From positions 1,472,001 to 1,536,000 of the forward strand of contig OZ219926.1 of assembly GCA_964291405.2 (NCBI GenBank): a DNA stretch of 64,000 nucleotides, read 5' to 3'. This document shows, one piece after another, positions 52,314-62,783 of the stretch (positions are counted from its first letter, which is position 1; each line of letters begins with the position of its first letter). The position numbers and the translations under genes were made by a program. The notes below the pieces were generated by a model, which had not been told where the DNA came from, did not search any database, and saw only the letters and a program-made list of their open reading frames with translations. Origin of the DNA: Thermodesulfobacteriota bacterium. GTDB taxonomy: Bacteria; Desulfobacterota; Binatia; Bin18.

Positions 52314-54911
52314 CTATTGCGGACCAATGGCAATGGCAAACGGCTTCTTCCCGACCTCAATCGTGGCGACGACTTGTTGAGCGAGCGTACTGAAGACCTG
52401 GACGACCTCACCCTCGTCCTTCCGGGAGCCGAACATCGTCACATAGCCCCGCAGGCCGTTTGGCGTAATCGCGATGGCGTACGGTTCGTTATCAACCGCA
52501 TTGAAGCGCGGATTAAAAGCCACATTAAAAGACGGGGTGCTGAGTTCCGGATTAATGTCTTCCTCCGTTATCACCGATACGGTTGCGTCAAGGAAATTTG
52601 CGACAAAAGCATCCACCTTCAGTTCCCGTTTCACCAAGTCCATTGCCGTTCCAGGTATGACGGCTACCCCGGCAGGCTGCACACCAACTTGCAGATGCTG
52701 CACCCCGCTTGTTTCCGAATCAGTATCAACGACGGTGTTCGTTGCTGTATCGATAAAGGAGACTGTATCTCCATTGTCGTTTCCCTCATCGGTATTAATC
52801 GCCCCAAAATTCGTCACATAGACGCGTGTCCCATCTGACGTGACCGCAACCCCGAGCGGCCCCTCTCCCACCACAATCGGGTCAGGCAATGGGGTATGCG
52901 TTGTCAGGTCAATCACGGTCACGGTGTTATCGTCAAAGTTCGGTACATAGGCCCGTTGCCCATCCGGAGTGACGGCAATGGACTGCGGACTCTGGCCCAC
53001 CGCTATGGTGGTTGTCTGTGTCTGCGTAGCGGTATCTATGACAGAAACGTTATTGTCCTCAATATTCGTTACATAAGCGGTGGCTCCATCCGGAGCAAAG
53101 GCAACCCCCTGCGGCTCCTTGCCAACGGTGATCGTGGCCACGACCGTCTTTGTAGCCGTGTTGATAACGGAGACCGTATCGTCTCCGGCATTCGCCACAT
53201 AAGCCTCCCGCCCGTCCGGACTGATCGCAATGCCGCGCGGTCGGTCCCCGACCGGGATATGCTGCACCCCGTCCGCCTCGGGGTCGGTGTCAATAACGGT
53301 ATTCGTGCTGGTACTGATGAGCGCCACGGCGTTGTCATTCACCAGGGTTACATAGGCTTTGGCTCCATCCCCCTCCTCACATTCACTCGTATCGAGTATG
53401 CAGAAGTCGTGGTCGGTCTCCTCGTCCCTGAAACAGCTGAGGCTGCCCTCACCGAACCCGAGCGCCTGGCAGCTCAGTTCACCAAGCGCCTCTCTGTCAC
53501 ATTCCTCTCCAACATCTCGTCCACCATTGCCACACAGGGGCCAGGGCAGAAAACACTGGCAGCTCTCATTCCAGAGAAATCCGGCGTCCACCGTCATTGT
53601 TTCATCCTCGCCCTTGGCCTTGATATCCACATCCTGAAGGGTCAATAATGAGCCGGTCACTGTTACACTGCTCTCTTCGGTCAGCTTAAAATCGTCGAGC
53701 AACTCGGCATCTCCCAATCGGACCACGGAGACCTCGTGATCGAAAATCCGGGTCTCAGCCGGGTCCGCAGTGTCCCGGATTTCGACACCAATCGTCCGCG
53801 CGCCGCTGGGAATCAGATTGAAATTGATGAGGCCGCCAAAACCGGTATTCGGGGGCGCCACTGCGGGGTGAGCGGCTTTGACATCAGGCCGATCCGAGCA
53901 ACACGGAATTTCCTCCCCAACCTCGATCGGGGGGTCGCCGTCTATCCGCAGCAAAACACGATCAATCTCGGCATCGGGGTTTCTGGTAAACGCCCAGCCG
54001 GACACCATCCCGATTCCCCCTGCCGTGACCTGGGTCACAGTCGTCGCTTCCAGTAGCGGTGGATTTTCAAAGACCGCGGTGATCTGACTAGCATTTTCGT
54101 CTGCGGTGTCATCCTCGCCGACTGCGACCTCATCTTCACTGCCTGCCGTCTCCTCCTCCCCATCCGAAGTCTCATTCTCCTCGCTTGTGGTCTCCTCTTC
54201 CCCGGCTGCTGTCTCATCCTCCTCGATCGGGGCCACATCTTCCCCGGTCGCCACTATCCGCGAGCCAACCACAACCAGTTGCTGAATATTGGGCTGCCAG
54301 GCTAACCAGAGTTCGCCCGACGCCCGCTCATTGCTGTGCTTATCACGAAAAGTGACGTTCTGGAGCATAAGCTCCTGCGTTTCAGGGTTGATCTCGTGAC
54401 TGGTGGAGCCGATCAGACTCGGACGCTCAAGGAATGTATAGCCGGCCGGGCGGACGACGGTCACGGGGTGTTCGATGATTTCACTCTCAACGCCCTCGGC
54501 GGATATCGTAATGCGAACCGTATGTTGTCCCTTCGCCTGGTCCGCTCCCCTCTCCTCCGGGCCTTCTCCGATGCCGCTGAGTTCACCGAAGTTAAACACC
54601 TGCCCAAAGCCGCTCTTGAGCGCGTGCTCGCCATACTCTTCCTGGACATCTCTCCGATCCACACAACAGGGAATCTCACCGTAGTCCTGGCCATCAATGG
54701 AAAGCTGAATGGTAACGGGCAGTGCAACCGGATTGTCGGGATCGTCGGAGACCGCAAACGCCCAGCCGGAAATGAACCGAACCCCGCTCACAAACTGGTC
54801 CTCGCCCGGATTCTCTAATACTGCCTGAATTCCAGCCCAGACCGTGCGTGTTGCCCCTACGGTCAGGAGGAGGGAAACAATAACGGACAGCATGACACAT
54901 CGCTTATTCAT
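52314..54911 (-). CDS. Secreted multidomain protein with YVTN beta-propeller
   Basis: Signal peptide; two ENP...SGWAF...IPCC.DR.DV domains; acidic linker; CGNG...EECD module; AYV(T/A)N..D.TVSVI repeats. Confidence 0.85.
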   Translation of the reverse strand: MNKRCVMLSVIVSLLLTVGATRTVWAGIQAVLENPGEDQFVSGVRFISGWAFAVSDDPDNPVALPVTIQLSIDGQDYGEIPCCVDRRDVQEEYGEHALKSGFGQVFNFGELSGIGEGPEERGADQAKGQHTVRITISAEGVESEIIEHPVTVVRPAGYTFLERPSLIGSTSHEINPETQELMLQNVTFRDKHSNERASGELWLAWQPNIQQLVVVGSRIVATGEDVAPIEEDETAAGEEETTSEENETSDGEEETAGSEDEVAVGEDDTADENASQITAVFENPPLLEATTVTQVTAGGIGMVSGWAFTRNPDAEIDRVLLRIDGDPPIEVGEEIPCCSDRPDVKAAHPAVAPPNTGFGGLINFNLIPSGARTIGVEIRDTADPAETRIFDHEVSVVRLGDAELLDDFKLTEESSVTVTGSLLTLQDVDIKAKGEDETMTVDAGFLWNESCQCFLPWPLCGNGGRDVGEECDREALGELSCQALGFGEGSLSCFRDEETDHDFCILDTSECEEGDGAKAYVTLVNDNAVALISTSTNTVIDTDPEADGVQHIPVGDRPRGIAISPDGREAYVANAGDDTVSVINTATKTVVATITVGKEPQGVAFAPDGATAYVTNIEDNNVSVIDTATQTQTTTIAVGQSPQSIAVTPDGQRAYVPNFDDNTVTVIDLTTHTPLPDPIVVGEGPLGVAVTSDGTRVYVTNFGAINTDEGNDNGDTVSFIDTATNTVVDTDSETSGVQHLQVGVQPAGVAVIPGTAMDLVKRELKVDAFVANFLDATVSVITEEDINPELSTPSFNVAFNPRFNAVDNEPYAIAITPNGLRGYVTMFGSRKDEGEVVQVFSTLAQQVVATIEVGKKPFAIAIGPQ

Positions 54912-54914
54912 GAT

Positions 54915-55745
54915 TTATTCAGTCGCCTCTTCCACAGCTTGTGCTCCCACCGTAGCCACCCGAATTCCCACTTCCTGGGCACGCTCCAGCAGTGTCAAGC
55001 GCTCTAGCATGAGCGTCTTACCAGCCTCAATGGCTAAAACGGCAGCCTTGACCTCATGCATGACCGCGATGGTATCGGGTCCAACGGCCGGCACATCAAA
55101 ACGCAAATCCTGTTGCGGCTTGCTGACCTTGACCACAACACCGCCCTCCCCACCCAATGTGCCGCCGCGCCGAATAGCAGCGTTTGTGCCCTCAACGCCC
55201 TCGACCGCCAGGACCGTGCCTCGCTTGACGACAACACTCTGTCCGATATCCCAGCGACCAATCTCTTTTGCTACCGCAACACCGAGCAGGATATCTTGCC
55301 ACTGCTGCGCATCCGGCTCAGCGCGAGTCAATACTCCCTCCTGGGGCACGAGAGATGATAGGAAACGGGTTGATTCGACAATCGTAATCCCCTCGTCTTC
55401 AAGTTCCTGGGCCACCCCCCGCAGGATCACATCGTCCTTTAGACTCGGCAGTTTACTAATGAAAGCCATCCCCCGTGCATCGGGCTGTATCTGTGTCATG
55501 GCACCGGTCTTATAGATGCCTCCGGCCATGACGGCTTGAGTCACCCCGGCCTCGTGGAAGGTGGTAATAATTTTCCCGAGTTCCCCGACCCGCACCCAGG
55601 TGACGTGGGACGCGTGGTCGTGAATAGCCTGAGGCGTTTCCCCTTGATGAGCGACGGCAATGATCTCAACCCCCTCTGCGCGGGCCGCCGCGCAGAAGAG
55701 AAGCGGAAATTGTCCATTGCCTGCAATGAGACCAAGACGCGCCAT
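54915..55745 (-). CDS. lpxI: UDP-2,3-diacylglucosamine diphosphatase
   Basis: GLIAGNGQFP, DIGQSVVV, AVEGVEGT and QDLRFDVP motifs; follows lpxA. Confidence 0.93.
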   Translation of the reverse strand: MARLGLIAGNGQFPLLFCAAARAEGVEIIAVAHQGETPQAIHDHASHVTWVRVGELGKIITTFHEAGVTQAVMAGGIYKTGAMTQIQPDARGMAFISKLPSLKDDVILRGVAQELEDEGITIVESTRFLSSLVPQEGVLTRAEPDAQQWQDILLGVAVAKEIGRWDIGQSVVVKRGTVLAVEGVEGTNAAIRRGGTLGGEGGVVVKVSKPQQDLRFDVPAVGPDTIAVMHEVKAAVLAIEAGKTLMLERLTLLERAQEVGIRVATVGAQAVEEATE

Positions 55746-55779
55746 GGAGCCGGACGCTCGCTAAAGGGGCACAACACGG

Positions 55780-56607
55780 TTAGCCAAGATCATCTTCGCT
55801 CTCTTGGCCGGCATTCCGTCGCGGACGACAAATACCTCGTTGTGAGTTGGCAATGAAATCCGTCAAATGGACGACCTCAGGGGATGACGCCTGTTCCTGG
55901 CGTGTGCGGTCGACCGCCTCTTTCAGCGTCAATCCCTCGGCGAAAAGCGTCCGATAGGCTTTTTTGAGCGCGTTCAGTTGTTCCTCGCTGAACCCACGCC
56001 GTTTGAGTCCGATGAGATTCAGACCAAACAAACGGGCTCGATCTCCCTGGGCAACGCAGTACGGCGGCACATCGAGAGAGACCATCGCCCCCCCACCAAG
56101 GTAAGCCGACTCCCCAATACGCGTAAACTGATGGATGGCAGCTAGCCCACCCACGCCAACATAATCTTCGAGTATGACGTGGCCGGCCAGGGTCGCACAG
56201 TTCGCCAGAATCACATTGTTTCCGATCTGACAGTCGTGCCCCACATGAGAGTAGACCATGAAGAGATTGTCATTCCCGATCCGCGTTACCATCCCGCCAC
56301 CAGCGGTGCCGATATTTAAGGTGGCAAATTCACGGATGGTATTACGATCACCAATGGTGAGGCTGCTGTCCTCCCCTTGATATTTCTTATCCTGTGGGAT
56401 GGCTCCAACGCTCGCGAATTGAAAAATGGTGTTCTCGCACCCAATCGTCGTGCACCCCTCAATCACGCTATGCGGCCCGATACTGGAATCCCGGCCAATA
56501 CGAACCTGCGGACCAATCACCGCATAGGGTCCGACGTGGACCCCGTGATCAAGCTCCGCTCCAGGCGCGATCACCGCCGACGGATGGATCACGGTCTCGG
56601 TACTCAC
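55780..56607 (-). CDS. lpxA: Acyl-ACP--UDP-GlcNAc O-acyltransferase
   Basis: Hexapeptide repeats; PQDKKY, HVGHDC, LAGHV and HQF motifs. Confidence 0.96.
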   Translation of the reverse strand: MSTETVIHPSAVIAPGAELDHGVHVGPYAVIGPQVRIGRDSSIGPHSVIEGCTTIGCENTIFQFASVGAIPQDKKYQGEDSSLTIGDRNTIREFATLNIGTAGGGMVTRIGNDNLFMVYSHVGHDCQIGNNVILANCATLAGHVILEDYVGVGGLAAIHQFTRIGESAYLGGGAMVSLDVPPYCVAQGDRARLFGLNLIGLKRRGFSEEQLNALKKAYRTLFAEGLTLKEAVDRTRQEQASSPEVVHLTDFIANSQRGICRPRRNAGQESEDDLG

Positions 56608-57089
56608 GCCTGCGGCTCGCTTTCCTGGTCCACATCAACAACCGTAAATTCGAGCTCCGCCGCGACCTGCCCGTCAACCCGAGCGGTTCCCTGCATTTTC
56701 CAGAACGTGCCACGACGGCGTAGGATTTCCACTTCCATCAACAGCTGATCGCCAGGAACAACCTGGCGTCGAAAGCGAACGCGGTCGAGCCCGGTCAACA
56801 TCGCGAGTCGGTGCGGCGACTGGGCCGGCAACTGGGAAGGAACAGCGGTCTCCGCGGAAGAATCGACAGACGAACGCGCCAGAATACCACCAGCCTGCAC
56901 GACAGCTTCGCAGATGAGTACGCCGGGCATGAGCGGGTGGTCGGGGAAGTGCCCGACAAAGAAAGGCTCATTGATCGTCACGTTTTTGAGTGCGACGATA
57001 CGTTTCCCAGCCGAGATTTCCACCACCCGGTCAACGAGGAGAAACGGGTAGCGATGGGGGAGAACAGCAGCGACAGTGGGATGATCCAT
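56604..57089 (-). CDS. fabZ: 3-hydroxyacyl-ACP dehydratase
   Basis: [23 protein letters not shown] and MPGVL..EA motifs. Confidence 0.95.
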   Translation of the reverse strand: MDHPTVAAVLPHRYPFLLVDRVVEISAGKRIVALKNVTINEPFFVGHFPDHPLMPGVLICEAVVQAGGILARSSVDSSAETAVPSQLPAQSPHRLAMLTGLDRVRFRRQVVPGDQLLMEVEILRRRGTFWKMQGTARVDGQVAAELEFTVVDVDQESEPQA

Positions 57090-57114
57090 GTGACGGTGAG
57101 CACGCAACCGTCTC

Positions 57115-57660
57115 TTAGTTTTTAAAAGAGATCTTGGTGCCTTTTTTATTATAGGCTTCGATGACCGACTCAGTCAGATCAATACTTTTTGAGCCGTACA
57201 GCACAACCGTATTATTGCCCTCGAGAATAACCGAATAACTCCCCTGTTCGCCAAGATCGTTAACGACTTGACGGAGTTCAACCAGGATGCGCGCGGTCAG
57301 TTCGCGGTCTCTGATCTTGAGTTCCTCCTGGGAATCTTTATATAGACGTTCAAAGTCCCGCAGCTCCTGACGGTAGTCGCGCTGCAACGCGATCCGTTCG
57401 TCGTCCCGGAGTAAGAGAGCTTTTTTCTCAAGCTCCTCCTTGAGCTTTTCGACTTTTTCCCGGCGCTTTTCGAGCCTTCGTTCCATCCGCCCCACTTCGG
57501 CCTTAAAAGTGTCTTTCGCTTTTTTTCCGGCGCTCGACGTATTCAGCGCAATCTGGAGGTCCACATAGCCGACCTTGATGTCGTCAGCCCCTTCACCACT
57601 ATAAGGGAAGAGGAGAAAACCAAGACTCACAGCGACACAAATGATTTTTTTCCAATACAT
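57115..57660 (-). CDS. skp: OmpH/Skp periplasmic chaperone
   Basis: Signal peptide, KVGYVD, coiled coil and DLT motif; directly after bamA. Confidence 0.9.
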   Translation of the reverse strand: MYWKKIICVAVSLGFLLFPYSGEGADDIKVGYVDLQIALNTSSAGKKAKDTFKAEVGRMERRLEKRREKVEKLKEELEKKALLLRDDERIALQRDYRQELRDFERLYKDSQEELKIRDRELTARILVELRQVVNDLGEQGSYSVILEGNNTVVLYGSKSIDLTESVIEAYNKKGTKISFKN

Positions 57661-57746
57661 ATCTCTCTCCATTGTTAGAGTGCTTGATCCAAACGTCTCC
57701 CTGGGCGTAGAGACGGACACACGGAACTGCGGGTCACACCTTCAGA

Positions 57747-60389
57747 CTAATAAAGCCCACCATACCGGCCTCGTCCGCCGCCAATACCACCAGTTGCGCC
57801 ACCGAACGAGAAGTGAATATTGCTGGTACGCTCATTTTTTTTCGCATTGAGCGCCTTGGCCAGGTCGATCCGGATGGGTCCGAACGGCGACTTCCAGCGG
57901 ATCCCGGCCCCGACCGAGTAACGCAAATCTCCAAGGTCAACACCTTGCTCAGCCGTAAAGGCATTGCCGATATCGCTAAAGACTGCGCCCCTCAGGTTCA
58001 GTTGTTTCACAATCGGAAAACGCAGCTCATTCTGGAACGTCAGCTGTTGGCTACCGCCAATCGGCCGATGATACGTTTCTGCACGTATCCCGTTGGGCGC
58101 CTCTCTATCATTAATCAAAACCGTGACAGGCCGACGCGGCCCTAAACTCCGTTCACCAAACCCCCGGATGGAGTGTAGTCCACCGGGGAAGTAGCGGTCA
58201 AACAGCGGGAGGTCGTCCTCCAGGATTTTTTCAGCCTTCCCGCCGATAACGGGTTCATCCGTAAAGTCAATATCACCCACCCCATACCCAAAGAAGTTAT
58301 TCGACATCCAGGTCAATTGCCCGAAACGCGGGTTGCGATAGACCGGGAAGAAAAACTGAGCCTGAATTTCGGCCTTGCTATACGTCGCATCTCCCCCAAG
58401 ACCGGCCTGACTGAAATTGATTTGTTGATAGGAGCCGGCGGTCGGATCCATGGGGTTGTTGAGGGTATTGCGCCGAAGGGTTGGCGTAATTCTGCTCGTG
58501 ATTTGGGTCCCCTTTTCGGCCCGGACCGCATCAGGAGCAATCGGTTCAAAATTGTTGATCTTGGATTTTTCCCACTGGTATTGCATACCAATATCCACAT
58601 CCTGCAGAGGGAAGCCCCACAGGGTTTTGAGCCCCAACTCGTCAATGGGGTAGAAGAGCCGTACCCCGCCGCCCGTCCCGCCACGGTCAAAATCCTCAAA
58701 CGCAAAGCGCCAGTCAAAGACTTCTGTCCCAAGGGTCAGATGGGTATCCAAGAAATAGGGGTCAGTCCAACTAACGGTCGAGTTCCGATACCGGCTGCCC
58801 ATATTGCCGCTGATCACAAACTGATGGCCATACCCAAAGAGATTCGTTTCCTGAATACGGGCAGAGCCAATGAGACTGGTCGCGGTATTAAATCCGGCCC
58901 CAATACTGAAGGCTCCGGTTTGGGTCTCTTTGACATCGACCAACACATTGAGCAGATCGCTCCGCGCCCCCCGGCGTGTCGCAATATTCACATCCTGGAA
59001 AAACCCAAGTCGCTGTACCCGGGCACGGCTGTGCTCTATTCTGGTGGCGTTGAACTTGCTCTGCTCGGCAATGCGCAACTCTCGCCGGATCACCTTGTCA
59101 CGCGTTTTGGTATTGCCCGCAATATCAATCCGGTCGATATAGACTTCCGGTCCTTTATCAACCCGATATGAGATATTGACGACGCTGTCGTCCTGCTCGA
59201 CCTGGGTTTCCGGCTCGACGTTCACAAAAGCAAAGCCGTGGTTACTGAAATAGCCGGTTAACCGAAAGACATCTTCTCGGAGATTGCTGGCCTTAAAGAC
59301 CTCGCCTTCTACCAGGGCAACCGCCCGCAGAGCCTGGTCTTCACTCCCAGGGAAATCGCCGACAATATGCACTTCGCCAAGGGTATATTGCTCGCCCTCA
59401 TCGATCCGGATGGTCACATGCATCCCGTCATCATGGCGTTCGATTTTCGGCTCATCGACTTTGACGTTGATATAGCCGTTATCGTAGTAATAGGCGGTAA
59501 TCCGCTCCGTGTCCGTCTTGAGCGCCTCTCGGTTGAGCGTCCCCATGCTCGTGAAGCGAGATAAAAAACTCTTCTTGCGAGTCGCCATAATGGATTGCAG
59601 CCGGGCGTCTTCAAACGTCTCATTACCCTCAAAATGGATTTGGGCAATACCGGTCGGCTTCTGTTCCTCGATTGTAAAGGTCACCGCAGCTTCTCCCGGA
59701 CCGACCTGCTCGGCCCGATACGAGATATCGGTGTCTAGATACCCTTTTTCTTCATAGGCTTTTTTGGCGTCTTCTATCCCCCGCCTGATGCGGACGGGGT
59801 TGAGAATGGTGCGAGGATGAATTTTCAGCGCGACCTCAAGCGCTTCTTTGTCGAGCTTCTTATTTCCTTCGAAGTGGACTTCGCGAATGAGTGGCCGCTC
59901 ACTGACCCAATACGTCAGGATGTTACGCCCGTTTTCTCGCTCGAACCGCGCTTCCACATTATGGAAGAATCCCATGTCATAAATGGACCGAATATCAGCA
60001 TCGACCGTATCCCGATTCAACACGGTGCCAGGCAGAGCAGAGGTCCGAATGCGGATCGCCTCTTCCTCAACACGGTCATTGCCGCCAATCACAATTGTAT
60101 CGACAATGTCGGCCAGCTCCTCAGGCTGAGCCGATTTGAATGTGTCGTCTTCCAATTCATCTGCTTCGACCACTGCTGCGTCAGATTCGTCGCCGTCTTC
60201 GATTGCTTCTTCTTCAAGCAACGTCTCGGCTTCAAATTCATCCACTTCAAAGACATCGTCAGGAAGGACATCAGGAATATGATCTTCCAAGAGTTCTGCG
60301 TCGTCAGCCCAGGCAGGGGATACAACCCCCAGAAGCCCGAAGCAGATGAACAGACATATGCTAGTAATTACGAGAAATGTGCGAGTCAT
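57747..60389 (-). CDS. bamA: Outer membrane protein assembly factor BamA
   Basis: POTRA repeats (GNTKTRDKVIRRE), IRGF and G.RW.SPFGP motifs; start inferred at the signal peptide MTRTF. Confidence 0.95.
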   Translation of the reverse strand: MTRTFLVITSICLFICFGLLGVVSPAWADDAELLEDHIPDVLPDDVFEVDEFEAETLLEEEAIEDGDESDAAVVEADELEDDTFKSAQPEELADIVDTIVIGGNDRVEEEAIRIRTSALPGTVLNRDTVDADIRSIYDMGFFHNVEARFERENGRNILTYWVSERPLIREVHFEGNKKLDKEALEVALKIHPRTILNPVRIRRGIEDAKKAYEEKGYLDTDISYRAEQVGPGEAAVTFTIEEQKPTGIAQIHFEGNETFEDARLQSIMATRKKSFLSRFTSMGTLNREALKTDTERITAYYYDNGYINVKVDEPKIERHDDGMHVTIRIDEGEQYTLGEVHIVGDFPGSEDQALRAVALVEGEVFKASNLREDVFRLTGYFSNHGFAFVNVEPETQVEQDDSVVNISYRVDKGPEVYIDRIDIAGNTKTRDKVIRRELRIAEQSKFNATRIEHSRARVQRLGFFQDVNIATRRGARSDLLNVLVDVKETQTGAFSIGAGFNTATSLIGSARIQETNLFGYGHQFVISGNMGSRYRNSTVSWTDPYFLDTHLTLGTEVFDWRFAFEDFDRGGTGGGVRLFYPIDELGLKTLWGFPLQDVDIGMQYQWEKSKINNFEPIAPDAVRAEKGTQITSRITPTLRRNTLNNPMDPTAGSYQQINFSQAGLGGDATYSKAEIQAQFFFPVYRNPRFGQLTWMSNNFFGYGVGDIDFTDEPVIGGKAEKILEDDLPLFDRYFPGGLHSIRGFGERSLGPRRPVTVLINDREAPNGIRAETYHRPIGGSQQLTFQNELRFPIVKQLNLRGAVFSDIGNAFTAEQGVDLGDLRYSVGAGIRWKSPFGPIRIDLAKALNAKKNERTSNIHFSFGGATGGIGGGRGRYGGLY

Positions 60390-60578
60390 GCGTGTCGCGT
60401 CTGCCTTTGAGACCGCCCTTTTCCCTACCAAAATCACCTCACATTGTAAAGGCAGCAATCCCCTGCGCATCCTCCCTGAAAGGAGCCGGGGAGGGCGTGA
60501 CAAACACTAGAGTTTTCGCATAGGAAGCGCCTTGGCCACAGCCCCTCCCCCTCACACGCATCCCTGGTATGGCTCCGG

Positions 60579-61277
60579 TCAGGAGGTCCCGTCTCCTCGG
60601 CCTACCTCGGTGAGTATTCCATGTTTGAGTCGCAGAGTCCGGTCCATCGCCGCGGTCAGTTTTTCGCTATGCGTGACAACAATCATGGCCACGCCCAGGG
60701 CCTGATTCAGCGCGAGCAGTAAGCGTAGCACCCCCTCGCCGGTCTCGGGGTCAAGATTGCCGGTCGGCTCATCCGCCAGCACCAGCCGGGGCTTCAGGAC
60801 CAAGGCACGCGCAACCGCTACCCGTTGCTGTTCTCCCCCGGACAATTCTCCCGGTCGGTGGCTCAAACGGGCAGACAGGCCAACACGCTCCAATATTTCA
60901 ACGGCACGGACACGGGCCTCCTCCTGGCTGAGTCCGGCGATCAGTCCTGGCATCATCACATTCTCAAGGGCAGTAAAATCCGGCAGGAGGTGATGCAGTT
61001 GAAAGACAAATCCAATCTCTCGGTTGCGTAAGGCGGCCAGTTCTCCTTCGGGCAGGCTGAACAGGTCCTGACCGTCGAGCGTGATGTGTCCTGAGGTAGG
61101 ACGGTCGAGCGTGCCCAGAATATGCAACAGCGTACTCTTTCCCACTCCGGATTCCCCAATAATAGCAGTCCGCTCAGCCGGCCGCAGGGTGAGGTCCAAT
61201 TTTTCAAGCACGCGCACTGCTTGCTCGCCCTCTCCGTACTGTTTGCTGAGCTGTGTTGCCTGGAGGAGATATGACAT
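60579..61277 (-). CDS. lolD: Lipoprotein-releasing ABC ATPase
   Basis: GESGVGKS, LSGGEQQR and ADEPTGNLD motifs; next to lolC/E. Confidence 0.92.
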   Translation of the reverse strand: MSYLLQATQLSKQYGEGEQAVRVLEKLDLTLRPAERTAIIGESGVGKSTLLHILGTLDRPTSGHITLDGQDLFSLPEGELAALRNREIGFVFQLHHLLPDFTALENVMMPGLIAGLSQEEARVRAVEILERVGLSARLSHRPGELSGGEQQRVAVARALVLKPRLVLADEPTGNLDPETGEGVLRLLLALNQALGVAMIVVTHSEKLTAAMDRTLRLKHGILTEVGRGDGTS

Positions 61278-61295
61278 CTCTCAGCAGTCCGTTCC

Positions 61296-62561
61296 TTACT
61301 CGTAGCGAATGACCTCGACCGGTGCCAATCGCGCGGCCTGACGTGCGGGATAGATAGTGGCAAGCAAACAGATCATCATCGACGCGACCCCAACAATGAA
61401 AAAATTCTCCGCATATATTTTCACCGGCAGGGTCGAAACATAGAAAACATCTTTCGGAAGTTCGATAAACTCATAGCGGTCCAACAGCCAACAGCCGACC
61501 CAACCCAGCAGTGTGCCCATAAGCGTCCCGACAACGCCGATGATGAGCCCTTTATAAATAAAGACGCGACTGATGGCATTGCCCGTTGCCCCCATGGACT
61601 TCAACACCGCAATATCCTTACGTTTTTCCATGACCACCATAATCAGCGTGGCAATAATATTGAACGCGGCAACCAGGACGATGAGCAGGAGTACGATAAA
61701 ATACACAACCTTTTCAAGCTTTAGCGCAGCAAAAATATTACGGTTCACCTCGGTCCAGTCTCGGGTCGTATAGGGGAACCCTAACACGCCTTCTAACTCG
61801 CGGGCGACCGTTTGGGCTTGATACACATCACTAATCTTTACCTCAACACCAGTCACCTGTTCGCCAAGGGTAAAAAACTGTTGCGCATCAGCGAGCGACA
61901 TATAAATCAAGGCGCTATCGTATTCAAACATACCCGCGTCAAACACCCCGACAATCACAAAACGCTTCACCCTGGGAACAACGCCAAGGGGGCCGGGGGT
62001 GGTGCTCAGTGGAGAAATGATATTGATCGGGTCGCCTACAAAGACCCCAAGTTGACGAGCCAGTTCGTGTCCTATGAGCACACCGGAAAGCTGAACCGTC
62101 TGGACTGTTTCCTCAGTCTGAAACGTCAACTCCTGTTTTTGGCCGAGCTGATCGACTTCACCAAAAGATAGATGCGCACCAATATCGACCACCGCACTCG
62201 CTAACGAGGGATCGACTCCACGCACAAGCGAGCCAGACACACTCTGTCCCGCACTGACCATCACCTGACCGTAGACAAACGGCGCCACAGCAACCACATC
62301 GGGCACCTGGCTCACCGCGTCAACCACCTCCGCATATCCGTCCACAAAACCCTGCAAGCTGGAAATCACGACGTGCGGATTAAAGCCCAGAATGCGGTCT
62401 CGTAAATCTTCCTCAAATCCCGTCATTACCGCCAAGACGATGTTCAGCGTCATCACGCCAATCATGACTCCAACCATGGAAATCATAGTGATTAGCGAGA
62501 TAAAAACCTCATGCCGTCTGGCTCGCAGGTAACGCAGACTCAGAAAAAGTTCGTATCGCAC
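61296..62561 (-). CDS. lolE: Lipoprotein-releasing ABC permease (LolC/E family)
   Basis: RYLR, VM.GF, VAAFNI..TL.M.V.EK..DIA.L..MGA and YPA..AA...P...IRYE motifs. Confidence 0.88.
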   Translation of the reverse strand: MRYELFLSLRYLRARRHEVFISLITMISMVGVMIGVMTLNIVLAVMTGFEEDLRDRILGFNPHVVISSLQGFVDGYAEVVDAVSQVPDVVAVAPFVYGQVMVSAGQSVSGSLVRGVDPSLASAVVDIGAHLSFGEVDQLGQKQELTFQTEETVQTVQLSGVLIGHELARQLGVFVGDPINIISPLSTTPGPLGVVPRVKRFVIVGVFDAGMFEYDSALIYMSLADAQQFFTLGEQVTGVEVKISDVYQAQTVARELEGVLGFPYTTRDWTEVNRNIFAALKLEKVVYFIVLLLIVLVAAFNIIATLIMVVMEKRKDIAVLKSMGATGNAISRVFIYKGLIIGVVGTLMGTLLGWVGCWLLDRYEFIELPKDVFYVSTLPVKIYAENFFIVGVASMMICLLATIYPARQAARLAPVEVIRYE

Positions 62562-62694
62562 AAGCTACCGGCCCGCCTATCCAAATTGCTGATTCAACAC
62601 TTACCGCTCATTCGGCCTGGCGGGTTTTCTATCATAAAAGAATATCTATTTTTCTTTCTTCGTCATTGGTTAGAATAAAAATTTAATCCAGCAC

Positions 62695-62723
62695 TTGAAA
62701 TATTATTTCAATTCGTTTACCCT
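62695..62723 (+). promoter_or_regulatory. Fur-family-like box overlapping a sigma70 promoter
   Basis: Perfect 8-1-8 palindrome TTGAAATA-T-TATTTCAA (62695-62711); TTGAAA-N17-TACCCT. Confidence 0.65.
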
Positions 62724-62729
62724 GGAGAC

Positions 62730-62783
62730 ATGTGGTGGTGGTTGTGGTGGTGGATAGGCCCCGATTGGGGCACGGGCTCTTGA
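62730..62783 (+). CDS. Putative Trp-rich micro-ORF / leader peptide MWWWLWWWIGPDWGTGS
   Basis: ATG TGG TGG TGG TTG TGG TGG TGG ATA GGC CCC GAT TGG GGC ACG GGC TCT TGA; the ATG lies 7 nt after the -10 hexamer. Confidence 0.45.
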   Translation: MWWWLWWWIGPDWGTGS

